Of a stretch of 64,000 nt of DNA, positions 1 to 12,880 are shown one piece after another; the stretch's first letter is position 1, and the number at the start of each line of letters is the position of its first letter. Below the pieces are notes generated by a model. It saw only the letters and a list, made by a program, of their open reading frames with translations. It had not been told where the DNA came from and did not search any database. This stretch comes from Patellaria atrata CBS 101060 (taxonomy: Eukaryota). Both the position numbers and the translations under genes were made by a program. Where the stretch lies: contig MU006098.1 in NCBI GenBank assembly GCA_010093705.1, positions 479,981 to 543,980 of the forward strand. The letters run 5' to 3'.

Positions 1-582
1 CCTTTTCGGAACATCGTTAGACGGTGGTTGGACTGGCGGTGGTATTCTGGGTCCCATAGATCGTTCCGCCTCTTCATCATCGTCTAAGCTGGCCGATTCC
101 ATCAGTCCTCGTAATGAGGATTGCGATGTCGTCGCGGGAGTTCGGGAGACCTTAACGGGCTCTTTTTGAGGAGGTGCTGGGGGAGCATCGGCTTGAGGAG
201 GTGTGGAGTCATCCCGTAAAGGATCCAGAGGACCAAGAGAGTCTGATACTGCTTCTAAGCGAGTAGGTTGTGCTCCGTAACGCTTGATGATTCTCGTTCC
301 TCTTCCGGCGGGGGATTTAGGAGCAGTAGATACCGACGGGGTAGTTGGAGGTTTCGACGAGTCTATACAGTGAGTCAGCTGCAATCGGATACTATGGGCA
401 TTAAGACGTGATCCTCACCTGAGGTATTCTCAGTTCTTTCTTCAGTGGTTGCCTTGGTCGAAGTCTGATTGGGGCCGGACTGTGAAGGGACATCTATATT
501 TGGACGGTAAGTGATCTTGCCGAGAAGAAAATAACAGTGACTTACCGCCCCAGGGCGAACTTCCTTCATCCCCAAGATCCAT
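1..582 (-). CDS. VPS5: 5' part of probable sorting nexin Vps5 (retromer); gene runs off the left edge
   Basis: Manual splicing: exons 582-546, 493-419 and 362-1, with GT-AG introns 545-494 and 418-363. Translation MDLGDEGSSPWGDVPSQS...AQPTRLEAVSDSLGPL...PPQKEP...GLMESASLDDDEE...PPPVQPP resembles, from memory, the N-terminus of filamentous-fungal Vps5. The PX/BAR domains would lie outside the window. Confidence 0.65.
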
Positions 583-1837
583 TGTGATTTGGTTCCAAAG
601 ATTGAATATAAATACTCCAACGTATAACGGGTTGGAATCGAAGTCGAGCAATGTTTTACCGAATTTTAACCGTGCCACGAACCTTAGGTTGTCCCCTCAG
701 TCTCTCGATAACTATGTACATCAACCAGTTGAACTAACAGATGGACTTAAATACCTCATCGTCATGCTAGATTCCAGGAGCTCTCTCAAGGATAAATCCA
801 AGATCGGGGCGCTTACCGACGAATCCCCTCCTCGTCGGATTTGACCACCGAACCGAATGAACGCGCTCAGTCACGACCTTACAAGCCGGTCTCTACGTCG
901 ACGTAAAAGCGTATCGTAGGTATAGATGGCACAAAACGGCAGGGCAAAGCAGACAGTTACCACGAAGCCTACACGTGCCAGCACGCCACCTTATACTGGC
1001 ACTGTTAGATCCCGGCCGATGGAGAAATGGAGGATGACTAAATCTCCTCTCGGCTTCCGTTTGATAGAGGCTCACCATTAGACACTCTACACTCTTCGGA
1101 TGCTCAAACCCTGGGTCGGCTGGTCGCGAGCTATCTAACATTCAGATAGAATGTATAAGAGTGACCTTCCCTCCAGCTGTTGGGCTAATCGAGCTTTCAA
1201 CAGAGCAAGAGCAGCGATAGAGCATACTGGGACGGAGTTCCCACATGGTGTTGCTTTCTCGCCTCTTCCAGATCGAGAGCACAGGTGGTGAGATAAGAAC
1301 AACTATTACTTAGAACAATCGATTATTATTGCTTGTCACTATGAATGGAACTAAAACATAACCTCTGTTCTGATACCATCCCATTTGATGACCTTTCCCC
1401 TTATTGCTGTCATCTTCATTTTCATCCCCTTCCATAATTCCTCATACCTCATCACGCTTGTCAGCATCTGAACTTCTCTTCCAACCCCTATTCTCCCCTA
1501 CCATATAATCTCATCTAACCTGTTCCGACTGCACTATACAATAAAGACTAAAGCACACAGGGAACAGGAAATCGTACAATTAGTTTCACAGTGCAGACCG
1601 TGAGATCTTCTCTATACTTCGGACCACACATTTCGCAGATTTAGCGAACGACAGAGGCGCAGGATGCAAATTAAGGGAGGTAGTATATGCGTCTGAGAAT
1701 CCACTATTACTATTATCTTTATTCTAGTTTTTCTCAAGGACAAGAACAACCCTCCTGACATTGCCACTACATACACTCACAGAAGACTATTTCCTACGTA
1801 AGGGAATGCCAACATCACGCTTCATATCTAAGATACT

Positions 1838-4624
1838 CTACCCATCAACCTCCTCACAACCTCCACTTCCCAAACAAACAACCCTCAAATCATCCACGGC
1901 CTCTCCCAGCCAAATCCCATACCCACTCTCCCCTGCATCCGTGAAAGCCCTCCAATCTTGCACAGTAGTATCCCAAACACTAACTGCCTTCCTACTCACC
2001 ACGACCTCCACGGCCTCCGACTCCCCGGGTTCCAGCACACCAGTCTTGACAAAGTCCCTCAGCTGCAACGGTGGGGTATCCCAGCCCGTACCCGTAGGGT
2101 AGCTGACATACGCCTGCACCACAGCTCTTCCCGCTCTTTCCCCTGTATTCGTGATCGACAGGGAGACGCGGAAAATTGGGTCCCAGAGGGCAGGATTACC
2201 GCCTTGTGCGCCGCCTGCTCTCGGGCCGGGCTTCTCGGTTTCGGAATATCCCACGGGATAGGGATATGTGGAGCTGTTGGTTGCGCCGATGTGGGCAGCG
2301 GCGTCTGCAGCCGGGCGTTCGAGCCACGAGTAGAGGTAGCGGTTTATACGACGGAAGCCTGAAGGGTAGTAGACCTCACTGGCAGGGGGGATAGTATTGT
2401 TGTAGACAGTCTGAGGAGTGGTTCCTTTAGGTGCGCGGGCTGGAGGAAAGGTACTCAGCGTTGTGAGCTGTTCGATGCTGGCGTTGGAGAATGAGAAAGT
2501 GGTGTACGAGAGTCCGTGGCCGAAGGCGTAACGTGGAGTGATATTTTGTGCGAGAAGGTAGCGGTAATCGATATACAGTCCCTCTGTATACGTATCCTGG
2601 GGCTGCCCGATTGCGAACCCTCTCAGTTGCGTGCTAGCCGGAAGATCGTCTTCACGGCGGACGAGACTATAGGGGAGGTGACCTGAAGGGGATACGTCAC
2701 CGAAAAGAATGTCCGTGAGGGAGTCACCGGCTTCTTGACCGGGGAGATGGGCGAAGAGGACGGCTTTGACAGAATGAAGCTCGATCCAATCCTCCATCAG
2801 GATCGGGCCAACAGTGTGCACGATGACAACCACTGTATCGAACGCATTAGCAGCGGCTTTAACTAATTCGTCCCCATTGTGCCAGACCTGCAGACCGGCT
2901 GTGGTACGGTCTCCAGGGTTTCCCTCTACGGTGATGTAGTTCTCACCACTGTCAGCATTGATGAAGACCAAAGCAACGTCATTCTCAGACACAGGATCCT
3001 GAATCAGAGGGAAGGTATCGGAGGATGAGTAGGTGACGCTCGAAGCTCTTCTTCTGATGGCGCTGATCGGGTCATCAAGATAGGGGTAGTTCGCAGTCCC
3101 ACTGCCCCAACCTTGCCCCAGAGTACCTTTATTGCATCCTCTATCGGAACAAGAGTTGATTCCATCAGGATTCGCCTGCGCATCGGAGCCGTAGACTCTC
3201 AAAGATGTATTTGTGCTAAGAGGTAGCACGTTATCTTCGTTCTTTAATAATGTTATGGCGTCTCGAGCAATAGCTCGGGCGACTTCTGCATGACTGCCCT
3301 TGACATCCACAAACTCGTTCACAACTCCACGGGGAGAGATTACAGCACCCGGATATAGCGGACCCTCGCGATCTTGGGTATTTGTAGAGAAGTTGGGTTC
3401 CGGGTAGTCCTGATCTTGTCCCATTTGATACCATGCCGCAACAATACGAGTGACCATGTCGTTAAGACGGGATACTGGAACGCTTCCATTAAGAACTGCT
3501 CTTGAAAGATCATACATCCAATAGCTATTGCCGAATAGAGGAATAGATCCGTCACCGGGCATACTCATATCCAAGCCAGCCAGGGCCGCAGCAACACCGG
3601 ATATTTGAGCAAGCCAATCTGTCATATAAAATCCTTGGAAGCCGAGTTCATCTTTCAGAATTTTGTTGGTAAGATAACTGTTTTGGCTACTCGCAGACCC
3701 ATTGACCTACGCGAAGCATCAGTGATGGTAATACTTATCATATTTGTTAGACCTACAGCATTATAAGCACACATTACTGAACCGACACCAGCACGGACTC
3801 CTTCCGCAAAGGGCCACAGATAAAGCTCGTGGAGGGTTCGATCATCAATGTTCGCACTGTATGCCGGTTGCACTGGGTTATACATTCTGTACATCTCCTG
3901 CTCGTTTCCTTTCACCTATTAGAATGTGGAAGATCAATTTTTCGCGTTAGATATACCGATAAGATGCTTAATAGTTGCAATCACTCCCTGTTCTTGCGTG
4001 CCCTGAATAGTCAACATAGCCGCAATTCCTTGAAGAACAGGGTCTGAGCCGAAACCCTCCCAATTCCGACCTCCGCGTGGTTTCCGACCCAAAGGACCCA
4101 CGCTAGGCAAAAGGGCGATGTTTACACCTTTTCCTCGAAATTCTTCACCAAGGGCAGCTCCACGGGCGTACATGAGATCTTTATCCCATGTGGCGCCAAC
4201 TGTGATTCCAGCAGGGAAAGCCGTATTATGATCGGTATTTCTAATTCCTAGAGGGCCATCTTGAAGACATAACTGAGGGAATCGAACCCTTGGCGCGCTT
4301 CCAGTATTGCCAACGCATCTTCCTATCACCAGGATTAATGATTAGAAGAGATATGATCATGTCTTGTAGGGACTAACCCATGAAAATGCCCGTGCCTGCT
4401 GTGATGTTGACCTTTTCAGCCAAAGTCATGTTAGTAACTAGGCGTACAGCTTTAGCATAGCTCTCGCTCCAGTCAGATAGCCAACCACCACGAGGGGCAG
4501 GATAGTACGGCGCAGCGACATATCCAGTAGGTACTGGATCACGCTTTACCGTAGGAGAAGCATTGATCAAGGAAAGTAAGAATAACACAAAAGCGGCGAG
4601 AAGAGCCTTTGGGTGAAGAGACAT
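1838..4624 (-). CDS. Secreted GH3 beta-glucosidase (BglF-like), multi-exon
   Basis: Signal peptide [24 protein letters not shown]3 motifs [33 protein letters not shown], nucleophile region MTDW, acid/base region DSGE and a C-terminal FnIII-like region. ORF pieces 4373-4624, 3934-4329, 3655-3915 and 1838-3625 are joined by short introns. Confidence 0.95.
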
Positions 4625-6067
4625 CAGTTCTTGCTTCCGTTAATTCAAAAGCAAGAGAAGGGAACAAAAAGAAAAGAACGAGTGACTGGAAAGAAAGTTG
4701 AAACAGAGGTTCAGATTGCCGTTAGCTGTTTCCCATCCATTGCGTGGACGTGCCCTCCTTATGAGCATATTCAACATGATAATGCAGTGTACGGTTGAAG
4801 AGAATAGACGATGGGCCAAGGAGCAGAAGGACCAGGAGAAGAAGGTTAGGCGCGGTAATACTTCCTACAACGTACAACATCATACCATACTGAGGTTGGC
4901 AGACTATATGATCTTCATTGGAAGAATAATTAGACACGTCCATCTAACTGCGTAGAGGGCAGCGTGCTATATGACGCGCTTCACAACTTTTGTATGCGAA
5001 TACGCGACCCGAAGCTTGCTGGGTAAAGTGTTCTAGCAGGTCGTGGCATGGTTACTAACAGGGTCAACCCCTTGGTCGAAAGATTACAAGTTAAAGCAAA
5101 ATCATAATCGGGATACCGTACAGGGGCAATAACATAGAAAATAGAAGAACCGAAATACGGTAGTTCATCCATGAGATGAAATTATTGGAGATGATGGAAG
5201 AGAAATACTCCGTACTCCGTATCAAAATGACTTAGAGAGAGGTCGTTCCATGCGCTAAACTCCTTTTGGCAACACCCTATTTCAATGGAACCTCCACTCC
5301 TCCTACACCATCGAAAAGCAGAACCTAACTCTACCTTTGCACTTTTCATTCTAAAAGATCACAAACTTTGAATCTTATGTATAGTACAACTGGTCTAAAT
5401 CCAAGGTAGGATACGCCAATCATAAGTTGATGATCCATTTCACGCATTCCGATTCAGATTATTCAAGTATCTACTTCCCACAACCTTTTCCTATTATGTC
5501 TACAGTTCTTTCTTCGACCCTTCCGATCGTTCTACTCTTCAGTCTTCACCCCTCCATGTCTCGGTATGGAGGGTCGAACTACTTCTTAGCAAGGGTTCCT
5601 AGTGAGCTTTCCTTGTCCACGTGTGATGTACCCGTGCAAGTTCGTGGAGACCCCGCAAAGGGGATATAACCAGTTCTGTTACCGCCCCGCGATATAAATA
5701 TTTATCTACACATCTTAACATGGCCCTTAGCCGCATGAAGTTGTACGGAAATGGTAATTCCGGCTAGTATCTGAAGCTAGTAATTCCTACTACCAGGATG
5801 ATATAGCCTGTCAAAGGAGCGATGGGATGCGTACCCCTACGTCAGTGACGATATCTCAATCTAAATCCAAGTAACGGTAGCAACCGAGGATGCACATGCT
5901 CTGTATTTTTTGTTGATTCTTTGAAATACAGGCTGTCCTACGTATCTATAAGAGTCATGGACAAGCGCCTCGTGGAACCTCAGTGCTCATACAGTGGGGC
6001 CGTCCGAACCATTGCACTGGTAAATACTCCCTGAGTCAAGAAGGGAATAGAAGTAAAGAAAACCAAT

Positions 6068-7780
6068 ATGAGACTCTACTACCTACTATCCCTCGTACCT
6101 TTCGCTCTCGCTACTCCGGTAAAGGTTCCTGTCCAGAATGAAGGACCTCAGGAACGAGCAGCCGCACCGACAATTACAATTACTTCACCCCAAGCAACCA
6201 TCATAGGCTCATCGCTCCTGGGAATCGACAGATTTGATGGCATCCCCTTTGCCAAACCACCAACCGGGCCGCTACGTCTTAGACCACCGCAGCCCCTAAC
6301 CTCTTCCCTAGGAACGGTTAAGGCGACCGGCATCGCAAAAGCTTGTCCGCAATTCTATTTCTCCGTGGACGAGATGAACTTTCCGACAAATGTGCTTGGT
6401 ACGCTCCTCAATACGCCCTTTTTCCAGACCGTCACCAATGCTGGCGAAGACTGTCTGACTCTCACCATCCGGCGTCCAGCCGGCACCACCGCATCCTCCA
6501 AGCTCCCGGTCCTCTTCTGGATCTTCGGCGGTGGCTTTGAGCTCGGCTCGACGCAAATGTATGATGGTACATCGCTTGTGGCTGACTCCATCATCCAGGG
6601 AAAACCCATCATCTTTGTTGCCGTGAATTACCGGGTGGGGGGTTTTGGGTTTTTGGGCGGTTCCGAAATCCTTGCAGACGGGGCCGCGAATCTCGGCCTC
6701 CTGGACCAGCGCCGTGGGTTAGAGTGGGTAGCGGAAAACATCGACAAATTTGGAGGTGACCCGGAGAAGGTTACTATTTGGGGTGAATCTGCGGGTGCTA
6801 TCTCTGTTCTTGATCAGATGGCTCTTTACAATGGCAACCATATGTTTAAATCGCGTCCACTCTTCCGTGGTGCCATTATGAACTCCGGGAGCGTAATCCC
6901 GGCGGATCCGGTTGACTGTCCTAAAGCGCAGGTAGTCTATGACACCGTGGTGCGCGAAGCAGGCTGCAGTGGCACGGCCGATACCTTGGCTTGCCTCCGC
7001 GGTGTGGACTACACAACATTCCTAAATGCAGCCAACTCGGTCCCTGGAATCTTGTCCTACAGTTCAGTCGCGCTTTCATACCTCCCACGCCCTGATGGAG
7101 TGGTTCTAGCCGATTCCCCCGACATCCTCATCTCCAGCGGCAGATACGCAAAGGTACCATTCATAGTCGGCGACCAGGAAGACGAAGGGACCCTTTTCGC
7201 CCTATTCCAGCCAAACATAACCACAACGCAACAGCTGGTCAACTACTTCAAGGAACTCTACTTCCACAGCGCATCCCCAGAACAGCTAGCCACGCTCGTG
7301 CAAACATATCCCGAAGACCCCGCGCCCGGAAGTCCCTTCCGAACCGGCCCGCTAAACAACATATACCCGCAATTCAAGCGTCTCGCCGCCATCCTCGGCG
7401 ACCTAACGTTCACCCTGACCCGCCGCGCTTTCCTAGAGACCGCTGCGACGGTTAACCCGGGAGTGAAGAGCTGGTCCTACCTCTCACGCTACAACTACGG
7501 GACCCCCGTGCTAGGCACGTTCCACGCAAGTGACCTATTGCAAGTGTTTTACGGCATCCTACCCAACTACGCTTCCGTTGCTATACACGGGTACTACTTC
7601 AGTTTCGTGTATGATCTGGATCCGAATAAGAACGGGTTGGGGCTTATGAGGTGGCCCGAGTGGAAAGAGGGGAAGGAATTAATGGCGTTTGATGCGTTAA
7701 GTGGGGAGCTTATTAAGGATGATTTTAGGATGGAGAGTTATGAGTTTTCGAGCGCGAATACGCAGAATTTGTATATATAA
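6068..7780 (+). CDS. Secreted carboxylesterase/lipase (type-B, Candida rugosa lipase-like), intronless
   Basis: 570 aa ORF with signal peptide, [16 protein letters not shown] oxyanion motif, GESAG nucleophile, EDEGT (catalytic Glu) and GTFHASD (catalytic His). Confidence 0.95.
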   Translation: MRLYYLLSLVPFALATPVKVPVQNEGPQERAAAPTITITSPQATIIGSSLLGIDRFDGIPFAKPPTGPLRLRPPQPLTSSLGTVKATGIAKACPQFYFSVDEMNFPTNVLGTLLNTPFFQTVTNAGEDCLTLTIRRPAGTTASSKLPVLFWIFGGGFELGSTQMYDGTSLVADSIIQGKPIIFVAVNYRVGGFGFLGGSEILADGAANLGLLDQRRGLEWVAENIDKFGGDPEKVTIWGESAGAISVLDQMALYNGNHMFKSRPLFRGAIMNSGSVIPADPVDCPKAQVVYDTVVREAGCSGTADTLACLRGVDYTTFLNAANSVPGILSYSSVALSYLPRPDGVVLADSPDILISSGRYAKVPFIVGDQEDEGTLFALFQPNITTTQQLVNYFKELYFHSASPEQLATLVQTYPEDPAPGSPFRTGPLNNIYPQFKRLAAILGDLTFTLTRRAFLETAATVNPGVKSWSYLSRYNYGTPVLGTFHASDLLQVFYGILPNYASVAIHGYYFSFVYDLDPNKNGLGLMRWPEWKEGKELMAFDALSGELIKDDFRMESYEFSSANTQNLYI

Positions 7781-7910
7781 CGGGTGGAGAAGAGAGATTG
7801 GTAAGTATCGGTCTGGGTGGAAGGGAAGTGGGCCTGGAGTATGGGTGAAAGACGCGTGAAGTGCGATGGGGTATATCATACCCAGGTCACCTATATCTCT
7901 TATCGTCGTA

Positions 7911-7978
7911 CAGTACATACTTAACGATCAGTACATACTCAGTAATCAGTACATCCTAATGACCAATACACACTTAAT
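7911..7978. repeat. Degenerate ~18-bp tandem repeat
   Basis: Units CAGTACATACTTAACGAT / CAGTACATACTCAGTAAT / CAGTACATCCTAATGAC / CAATACACACTTAAT. Confidence 0.6.
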
Positions 7979-8570
7979 CAACAAATCAGCAAAAGATCAA
8001 CCTGAACTCTTGTACGGCTTCCGTGCGTAGCCGCATCTTGGATTCTCAGCTTACTCTACGCTCACTGTACAGTACACTCGACAGTGTGGGATCGGGTATA
8101 AGTTGGTTGTACACCTTCCTAACAGTGGTTCGCGTCTGTCTATGGCTGCGAGTCTATACAGTTTACTCTTTCGTACGCCCAAGTCAAATGAGATGATGAA
8201 GCTTTGATATGGTACAAGGATGTTATTCTGTACAGTAGTATCTTTTATTATATCGCTATATTCTGGATATTGGAGTCGAGTTTACGTTCAGGTCAGGGGA
8301 CATATTTTGATCAGAGTGTATATTCAGTTCCGAGTGTACGTTCAGGTCAAACCGGATATCATAATGTGTTTTTATACAGTATAGTTCTGTGTAGTATGAT
8401 GTCGTATAGTATGATTGTGTATAGCACAGTCATGTGCACAGCTGGTTTGAGAGTTGAACCTCTCGAGAGCATGGTGACCTGGAACGGGACAACAAGAGAC
8501 TGGTAACCATCGTGAATACAGGAGGCGTGCAGGTACTAAGAAGGACATTTCGGTATAGCGATATCGATCC

Positions 8571-10064
8571 CTAAACTCTGAGATAGCCCCCACCTTCGCC
8601 CGTACTTAAGATCCCACCATCTTCATCCTCCCCATCCATCCCCCACCTCCTACGCGCCCGCACGCTCAAAGGACTCCTATAGCCGGCCTCCCACATCTCG
8701 ACACCAGCCCAAGCAATCATAGCCGCATTATCCGTGCAGAGCTCTAATGGGGGAAACACGAGCTCTATATCGTCATAACAGCGTGCGTCTAAGAAGGCCC
8801 GGAGGACGTAGCGGAGGAACTTGTTTGCCGCAACACCCCCACTGACTACAAGTGTATTAACAGGAAGCGAATGACGTTCATCTATATCAGAAATAGGCGA
8901 ATCCGGTGCTGCTGCTGCGTCTTCTAATCGCCTAGTCCGCGCCAAGTCATCTAGTGCTAGCACAACGCGCGAAGCCAGATGCTCAAATGCAACGCGCATG
9001 ACTTCTTTAGCCATTTCCTGGCGCTCCTCATCGGGTATTTGCTCAGGATCGCGTGGTTCTGTGACTGTACGTTCGGCCCAGCTGTCAGAACCGTATCCAA
9101 TAGCGCGCTCGACTGCGGATTCCAGACCGGTGAAAGTGAAATCCAAATCGCGACTGCGTTGGCCGCCGCGGGTCTGGGAGAGTGGGGTACTGAAGCTCCA
9201 GGGCCACTTCGTGGTGCGCCGTGAGAACTCTTCGTGGCGGGTCGCGGGAGCTTGGTAGTCGTAAGAGGGGTTTGAGGAGCAGGGAAAGGCGAAGCGCTCA
9301 AGGATAGGACCGTACATTGTTGATTTTACGGATGGCGAGGTAAGAATACGTGCAGGTAGAATGAAACGGGCCACTTTGTCGATACAGTTACCGAGTGCGA
9401 CGTCAACTGTTGTTGCGAGCGTCCTGTAGTCTGTTAAGGAAGATGAGTGGAGGAGCAGAGTATGGCCACCAGATACTAAGAGTGAAAGAAACGGAAATTG
9501 GGGTCTACAATCATCTGGGTTAGATGATAGAGCTGTTACGAGCCGTGGCGTCAATGCGTGCGCTTGCATGTGATGTATTCCAACCATAGGAATCTGCCAT
9601 GCTACTGACAATGCTTTAGCATTTTCGAGGCCAACCGCCACGTTCGACCTCATACCCGGGCCTCGGGTGACGGAGATGAAATCAGGTTTTTGGCGAGCTC
9701 TTAATCCATTGCTTGTATATACTGTCTTCGCGAGATCGCTTTCTTGATTCGTCTTTTCCGGGAGATAATGCACTGCTTTATTGATGAGGAGCGCGAGGTT
9801 CTCCTGGTGGGATTCGAGGGAGACGACAGGATGCACACCTCGATAAGCGACATTGTTCGAAGTCACCTTCTCATGGAAGTGAAGGGTGGCAGCGGGACCG
9901 TTTTCTAGCTTAGATGCATGTTTCTCTAGGATGGCGACGGAGGTGTCGTCACAAGACGTTTCGATAGCAAGGGTGAGGAGACTGCGAATCGTTATGATGG
10001 GCACATGGTTTGGTCTGATGAGTCCACTGCGTACACGAGCGAGTGCGCGCAGTGTAAATGGCAT
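8571..10064 (-). CDS. QRI7: Mitochondrial tRNA N6-threonylcarbamoyltransferase (Kae1/TsaD family)
   Basis: Arg-rich N-terminus lacking acidic residues. Motifs LAIETSCDDT, GPG, HHMQAH, LLVSGGHT, VSGGVAAN and CTDNAAMIAW. Confidence 0.93.
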   Translation of the reverse strand: MPFTLRALARVRSGLIRPNHVPIITIRSLLTLAIETSCDDTSVAILEKHASKLENGPAATLHFHEKVTSNNVAYRGVHPVVSLESHQENLALLINKAVHYLPEKTNQESDLAKTVYTSNGLRARQKPDFISVTRGPGMRSNVAVGLENAKALSVAWQIPMVGIHHMQAHALTPRLVTALSSNPDDCRPQFPFLSLLVSGGHTLLLHSSSLTDYRTLATTVDVALGNCIDKVARFILPARILTSPSVKSTMYGPILERFAFPCSSNPSYDYQAPATRHEEFSRRTTKWPWSFSTPLSQTRGGQRSRDLDFTFTGLESAVERAIGYGSDSWAERTVTEPRDPEQIPDEERQEMAKEVMRVAFEHLASRVVLALDDLARTRRLEDAAAAPDSPISDIDERHSLPVNTLVVSGGVAANKFLRYVLRAFLDARCYDDIELVFPPLELCTDNAAMIAWAGVEMWEAGYRSPLSVRARRRWGMDGEDEDGGILSTGEGGGYLRV

Positions 10065-10312
10065 CCGTCAACAGATGAATAGATATGGAGGTTAGATTCG
10101 TGAAGTTGAAGCAAGACAAGTATCAAGGGGACTTCCCGATGGTTCCTTACAGATGGTGCTAGGCTGTTAAGGTAAGCGGTTCCTCGGCAAGAGCACATGT
10201 GCCGATCCTTCAGTGACGTGTGCCTGGTCAGGTCCCCCAACGACGCCAAAGAAGCCGAGAGAAGGTCAACAAATATCCCATACGCCCTCATGCCTCCAAT
10301 ATTTCAACAACC

Positions 10313-12880
10313 ATGGCCGACATCAAGAGGGAGACGGATGGTCCCTCTCCCTTTGCTGCCTCAGGTTACGATTTTACGAAAATTCCCGATTACGATAATG
10401 ATTTCATAGGAGAAGAGGACTTAGTAGAGTTCGAAAGGGCTCTCACCGCACCAGAAATACTTTCACCGTCCCAAGATGACCTACTATCTCCCGGTCCTAC
10501 TCCACATAACCGCTCCATTTTTATAACGGCTCTGAATGACTGGAGACCCATACACCAACGTGTTCGGAAAAAGAAGAGAGACCCACGGAGGGGTAAAGAT
10601 GAGACACGTGAGGGCTTTGTATACGTCCTTCTCAAGTGGCCTCTACTCCTATTCGTATTAGGATGGCTTTTTGTCTTGGGCGTGTCGTACCTGTTCACCA
10701 GGCTATACATATATCTATATGAGCACTGGGTAACGTGGCGAGGTAGGAGGAATAGGTTACGGAAGGACCTCCAAAAGACTAAAACCTATGAGGAGTGGGT
10801 TGAAGCGGCGAATGAGCTGGACAAACACCTTAATAACGATAAATGGAAAAAGGTGGATGAGTACGCATATTATGACAGTAAGACCATTCGTCGGGTCCGG
10901 GACCAACTGGTCAAGCTACGCGCAAAAGCAGAAGTTGAGGATACTGGACTCAACTTCGACTCCGGCAAAGGGATAAAGGCCGTTGATGAGCTCCGGGCTT
11001 TGGTGGAAGCATGCGTCAAAAATAACTTTGCTGGATACGAGAATCCTCGGTTGTACAGCGAGACATATTTCGGGACGAAAAGTTTAGTGCAAAGCTTCGT
11101 AGATGAGGCTGAGAAGTCGTTACAGCTGCTCCTCAAAACGAAACAATTAGACCATGAGAGTAAACGCACTCTGTTCAAACATCTATATACGAATTTTGGC
11201 CGTACAGCACTTTGCTTATCCGGTGGTGCTACGTTCGCATACTATCATTTTGGTGTGGCAAAAGCCCTCCTGGATGCCAATCTTATGCCAGAAGTAATTA
11301 CAGGAACTTCTGGAGGGGCCTTGGTAGCTGGTTTGCTGGCTACTCGCACAGACGAGGAGTTGAAGCGGCTTTTAGTACCCGCTCTCGCCAACCGCATCAC
11401 GGCATGCCATGACGACATGCTGACTTGGTTCAAGCGCTGGTGCAAGACTGGAGCCAGATTCGACAGTGTCGACTGGGCCCGGCGCTGTGCTTGGTTTACA
11501 CGAGGCAGTATGACCTTCCGCGAAGCTTATGAGCGCACCGGGCGGATCCTCAATGTCTCCTGTGTGCCCTCAGACCCTCACTCTCCAACCATCCTAGCAA
11601 ACTACCTGACCTCGCCCGACTGCGTCATATGGTCAGCAGTTCTCGCCTCTGCAGCTGTTCCTGGGATTCTCAACCCCGTCGTACTGATGAAGAAGACCAA
11701 GGACGGCACCCTGACGCCTTACAGCTTCGGCCACAAGTGGAAAGATGGCAGCCTGCGAACCGACATCCCGCTCAAGGCGCTGAACCTTCACTTCAACGTC
11801 AACTTCAGCATCGTCAGTCAAGTAAACCCGCATATTAACCTCTTCTTCTTCAGCTCGCGTGGCTCCGTTGGGCGTCCCGTGACGCACCGTCGGGGGCGCG
11901 GCTGGCGCGGCGGCTTCCTCGGCTCAGCAACAGAGCAATACCTCAAACTCGACCTCACAAAGTGGCTCAAAGTACTGAGACACCTCGAACTACTCCCGCG
12001 TCCGTTGGGTCAAGACTGGTCGGAAATCTGGCTGCAACGCTTCTCCGGCACCATCACCATCTGGCCCAAGAGTGTCGTCAGCGACTTCTGGCACATTCTC
12101 TCCGACCCAAACCCAGAGCGCCTAGGCCGCATGATCCACGTCGGGCAGCAAAGCGCGTTTCCGAAGCTCAAGTTCATCGCCAACAGGATGAAACTCGAGC
12201 GCCTCATCGAGGAGGGCAGGCGAGCGACGAGACCGAAGTACGAGGACGGAAGCTTGAATAACGTCCTCTCCGAGGATGACCTCCGCGCTCTACTGAAGAA
12301 CGCAAAACAGAACAGTGCCGGCACAGCCCCCCCGCCCTTCTCCCGCGCCTCATCGAGGGGCTCTACGTCTGGAAGAAGGTCACCAGCCATTGGCAAGCCA
12401 CCTCCCCTGCGCACACAGATATCAGGAGACAAGAAAACAGACGAGGGGAGAAGCGGGACCGCGACCGGGGCCGAGAGTCCCTCGCTCGGCACCCGTTTCT
12501 CCGGCTGGTGGAAGGGCATCACGCAGCCCGAGAGAGCGCAGCTACGGCGCCGGAGTCACAGGTCCGGCTACTCATCGCCGTATGAAGGCGGTCGGCCGCA
12601 GTCGATGATCGAGCTGCGGCCTTCGAAGAGCGATGCGTTGGATTACTGGGACCGTCAGCGAAGCGAGGACGCGCAAGAGGAGGATCACGCACAGTTATCC
12701 AGGCGTGGAAGCATTATTAAGGAGCTTGAGAGGCAGTCTCAGGTTTTTTATGATGATGAAAACTTTGATGTTAGTAGCGGGGGTGGGTCGGAGAGTGAAG
12801 AGGATGAAGAGGGAGAGGAGGGGGATTGGGATGGGGTGGAGAGACAGGAGGACGGCGAGGAAGATTTTGGTCAGAGGTGA
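10313..12880 (+). CDS. Patatin-like phospholipase/triacylglycerol lipase (Tgl3/Tgl4-like)
   Basis: First ATG at 10313 (MADIKRE). N-terminal transmembrane segment, LSGGA, GTSGG nucleophile and DGS motif. Head-to-head with QRI7, with about 250 bp between the ATGs. Confidence 0.92.
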   Translation: MADIKRETDGPSPFAASGYDFTKIPDYDNDFIGEEDLVEFERALTAPEILSPSQDDLLSPGPTPHNRSIFITALNDWRPIHQRVRKKKRDPRRGKDETREGFVYVLLKWPLLLFVLGWLFVLGVSYLFTRLYIYLYEHWVTWRGRRNRLRKDLQKTKTYEEWVEAANELDKHLNNDKWKKVDEYAYYDSKTIRRVRDQLVKLRAKAEVEDTGLNFDSGKGIKAVDELRALVEACVKNNFAGYENPRLYSETYFGTKSLVQSFVDEAEKSLQLLLKTKQLDHESKRTLFKHLYTNFGRTALCLSGGATFAYYHFGVAKALLDANLMPEVITGTSGGALVAGLLATRTDEELKRLLVPALANRITACHDDMLTWFKRWCKTGARFDSVDWARRCAWFTRGSMTFREAYERTGRILNVSCVPSDPHSPTILANYLTSPDCVIWSAVLASAAVPGILNPVVLMKKTKDGTLTPYSFGHKWKDGSLRTDIPLKALNLHFNVNFSIVSQVNPHINLFFFSSRGSVGRPVTHRRGRGWRGGFLGSATEQYLKLDLTKWLKVLRHLELLPRPLGQDWSEIWLQRFSGTITIWPKSVVSDFWHILSDPNPERLGRMIHVGQQSAFPKLKFIANRMKLERLIEEGRRATRPKYEDGSLNNVLSEDDLRALLKNAKQNSAGTAPPPFSRASSRGSTSGRRSPAIGKPPPLRTQISGDKKTDEGRSGTATGAESPSLGTRFSGWWKGITQPERAQLRRRSHRSGYSSPYEGGRPQSMIELRPSKSDALDYWDRQRSEDAQEEDHAQLSRRGSIIKELERQSQVFYDDENFDVSSGGGSESEEDEEGEEGDWDGVERQEDGEEDFGQR

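Noticed and set aside
10220..10312. GTG-initiated N-terminal extension of the patatin ORF
   Set aside because: The ATG at 10313 has a good context (ACCATGG), and the extension lies within the short bidirectional promoter.
1838..12880. GH3, lipase and patatin genes as a metabolic gene cluster
   Set aside because: No backbone enzyme, transporter or transcription factor, and QRI7 interrupts the run.
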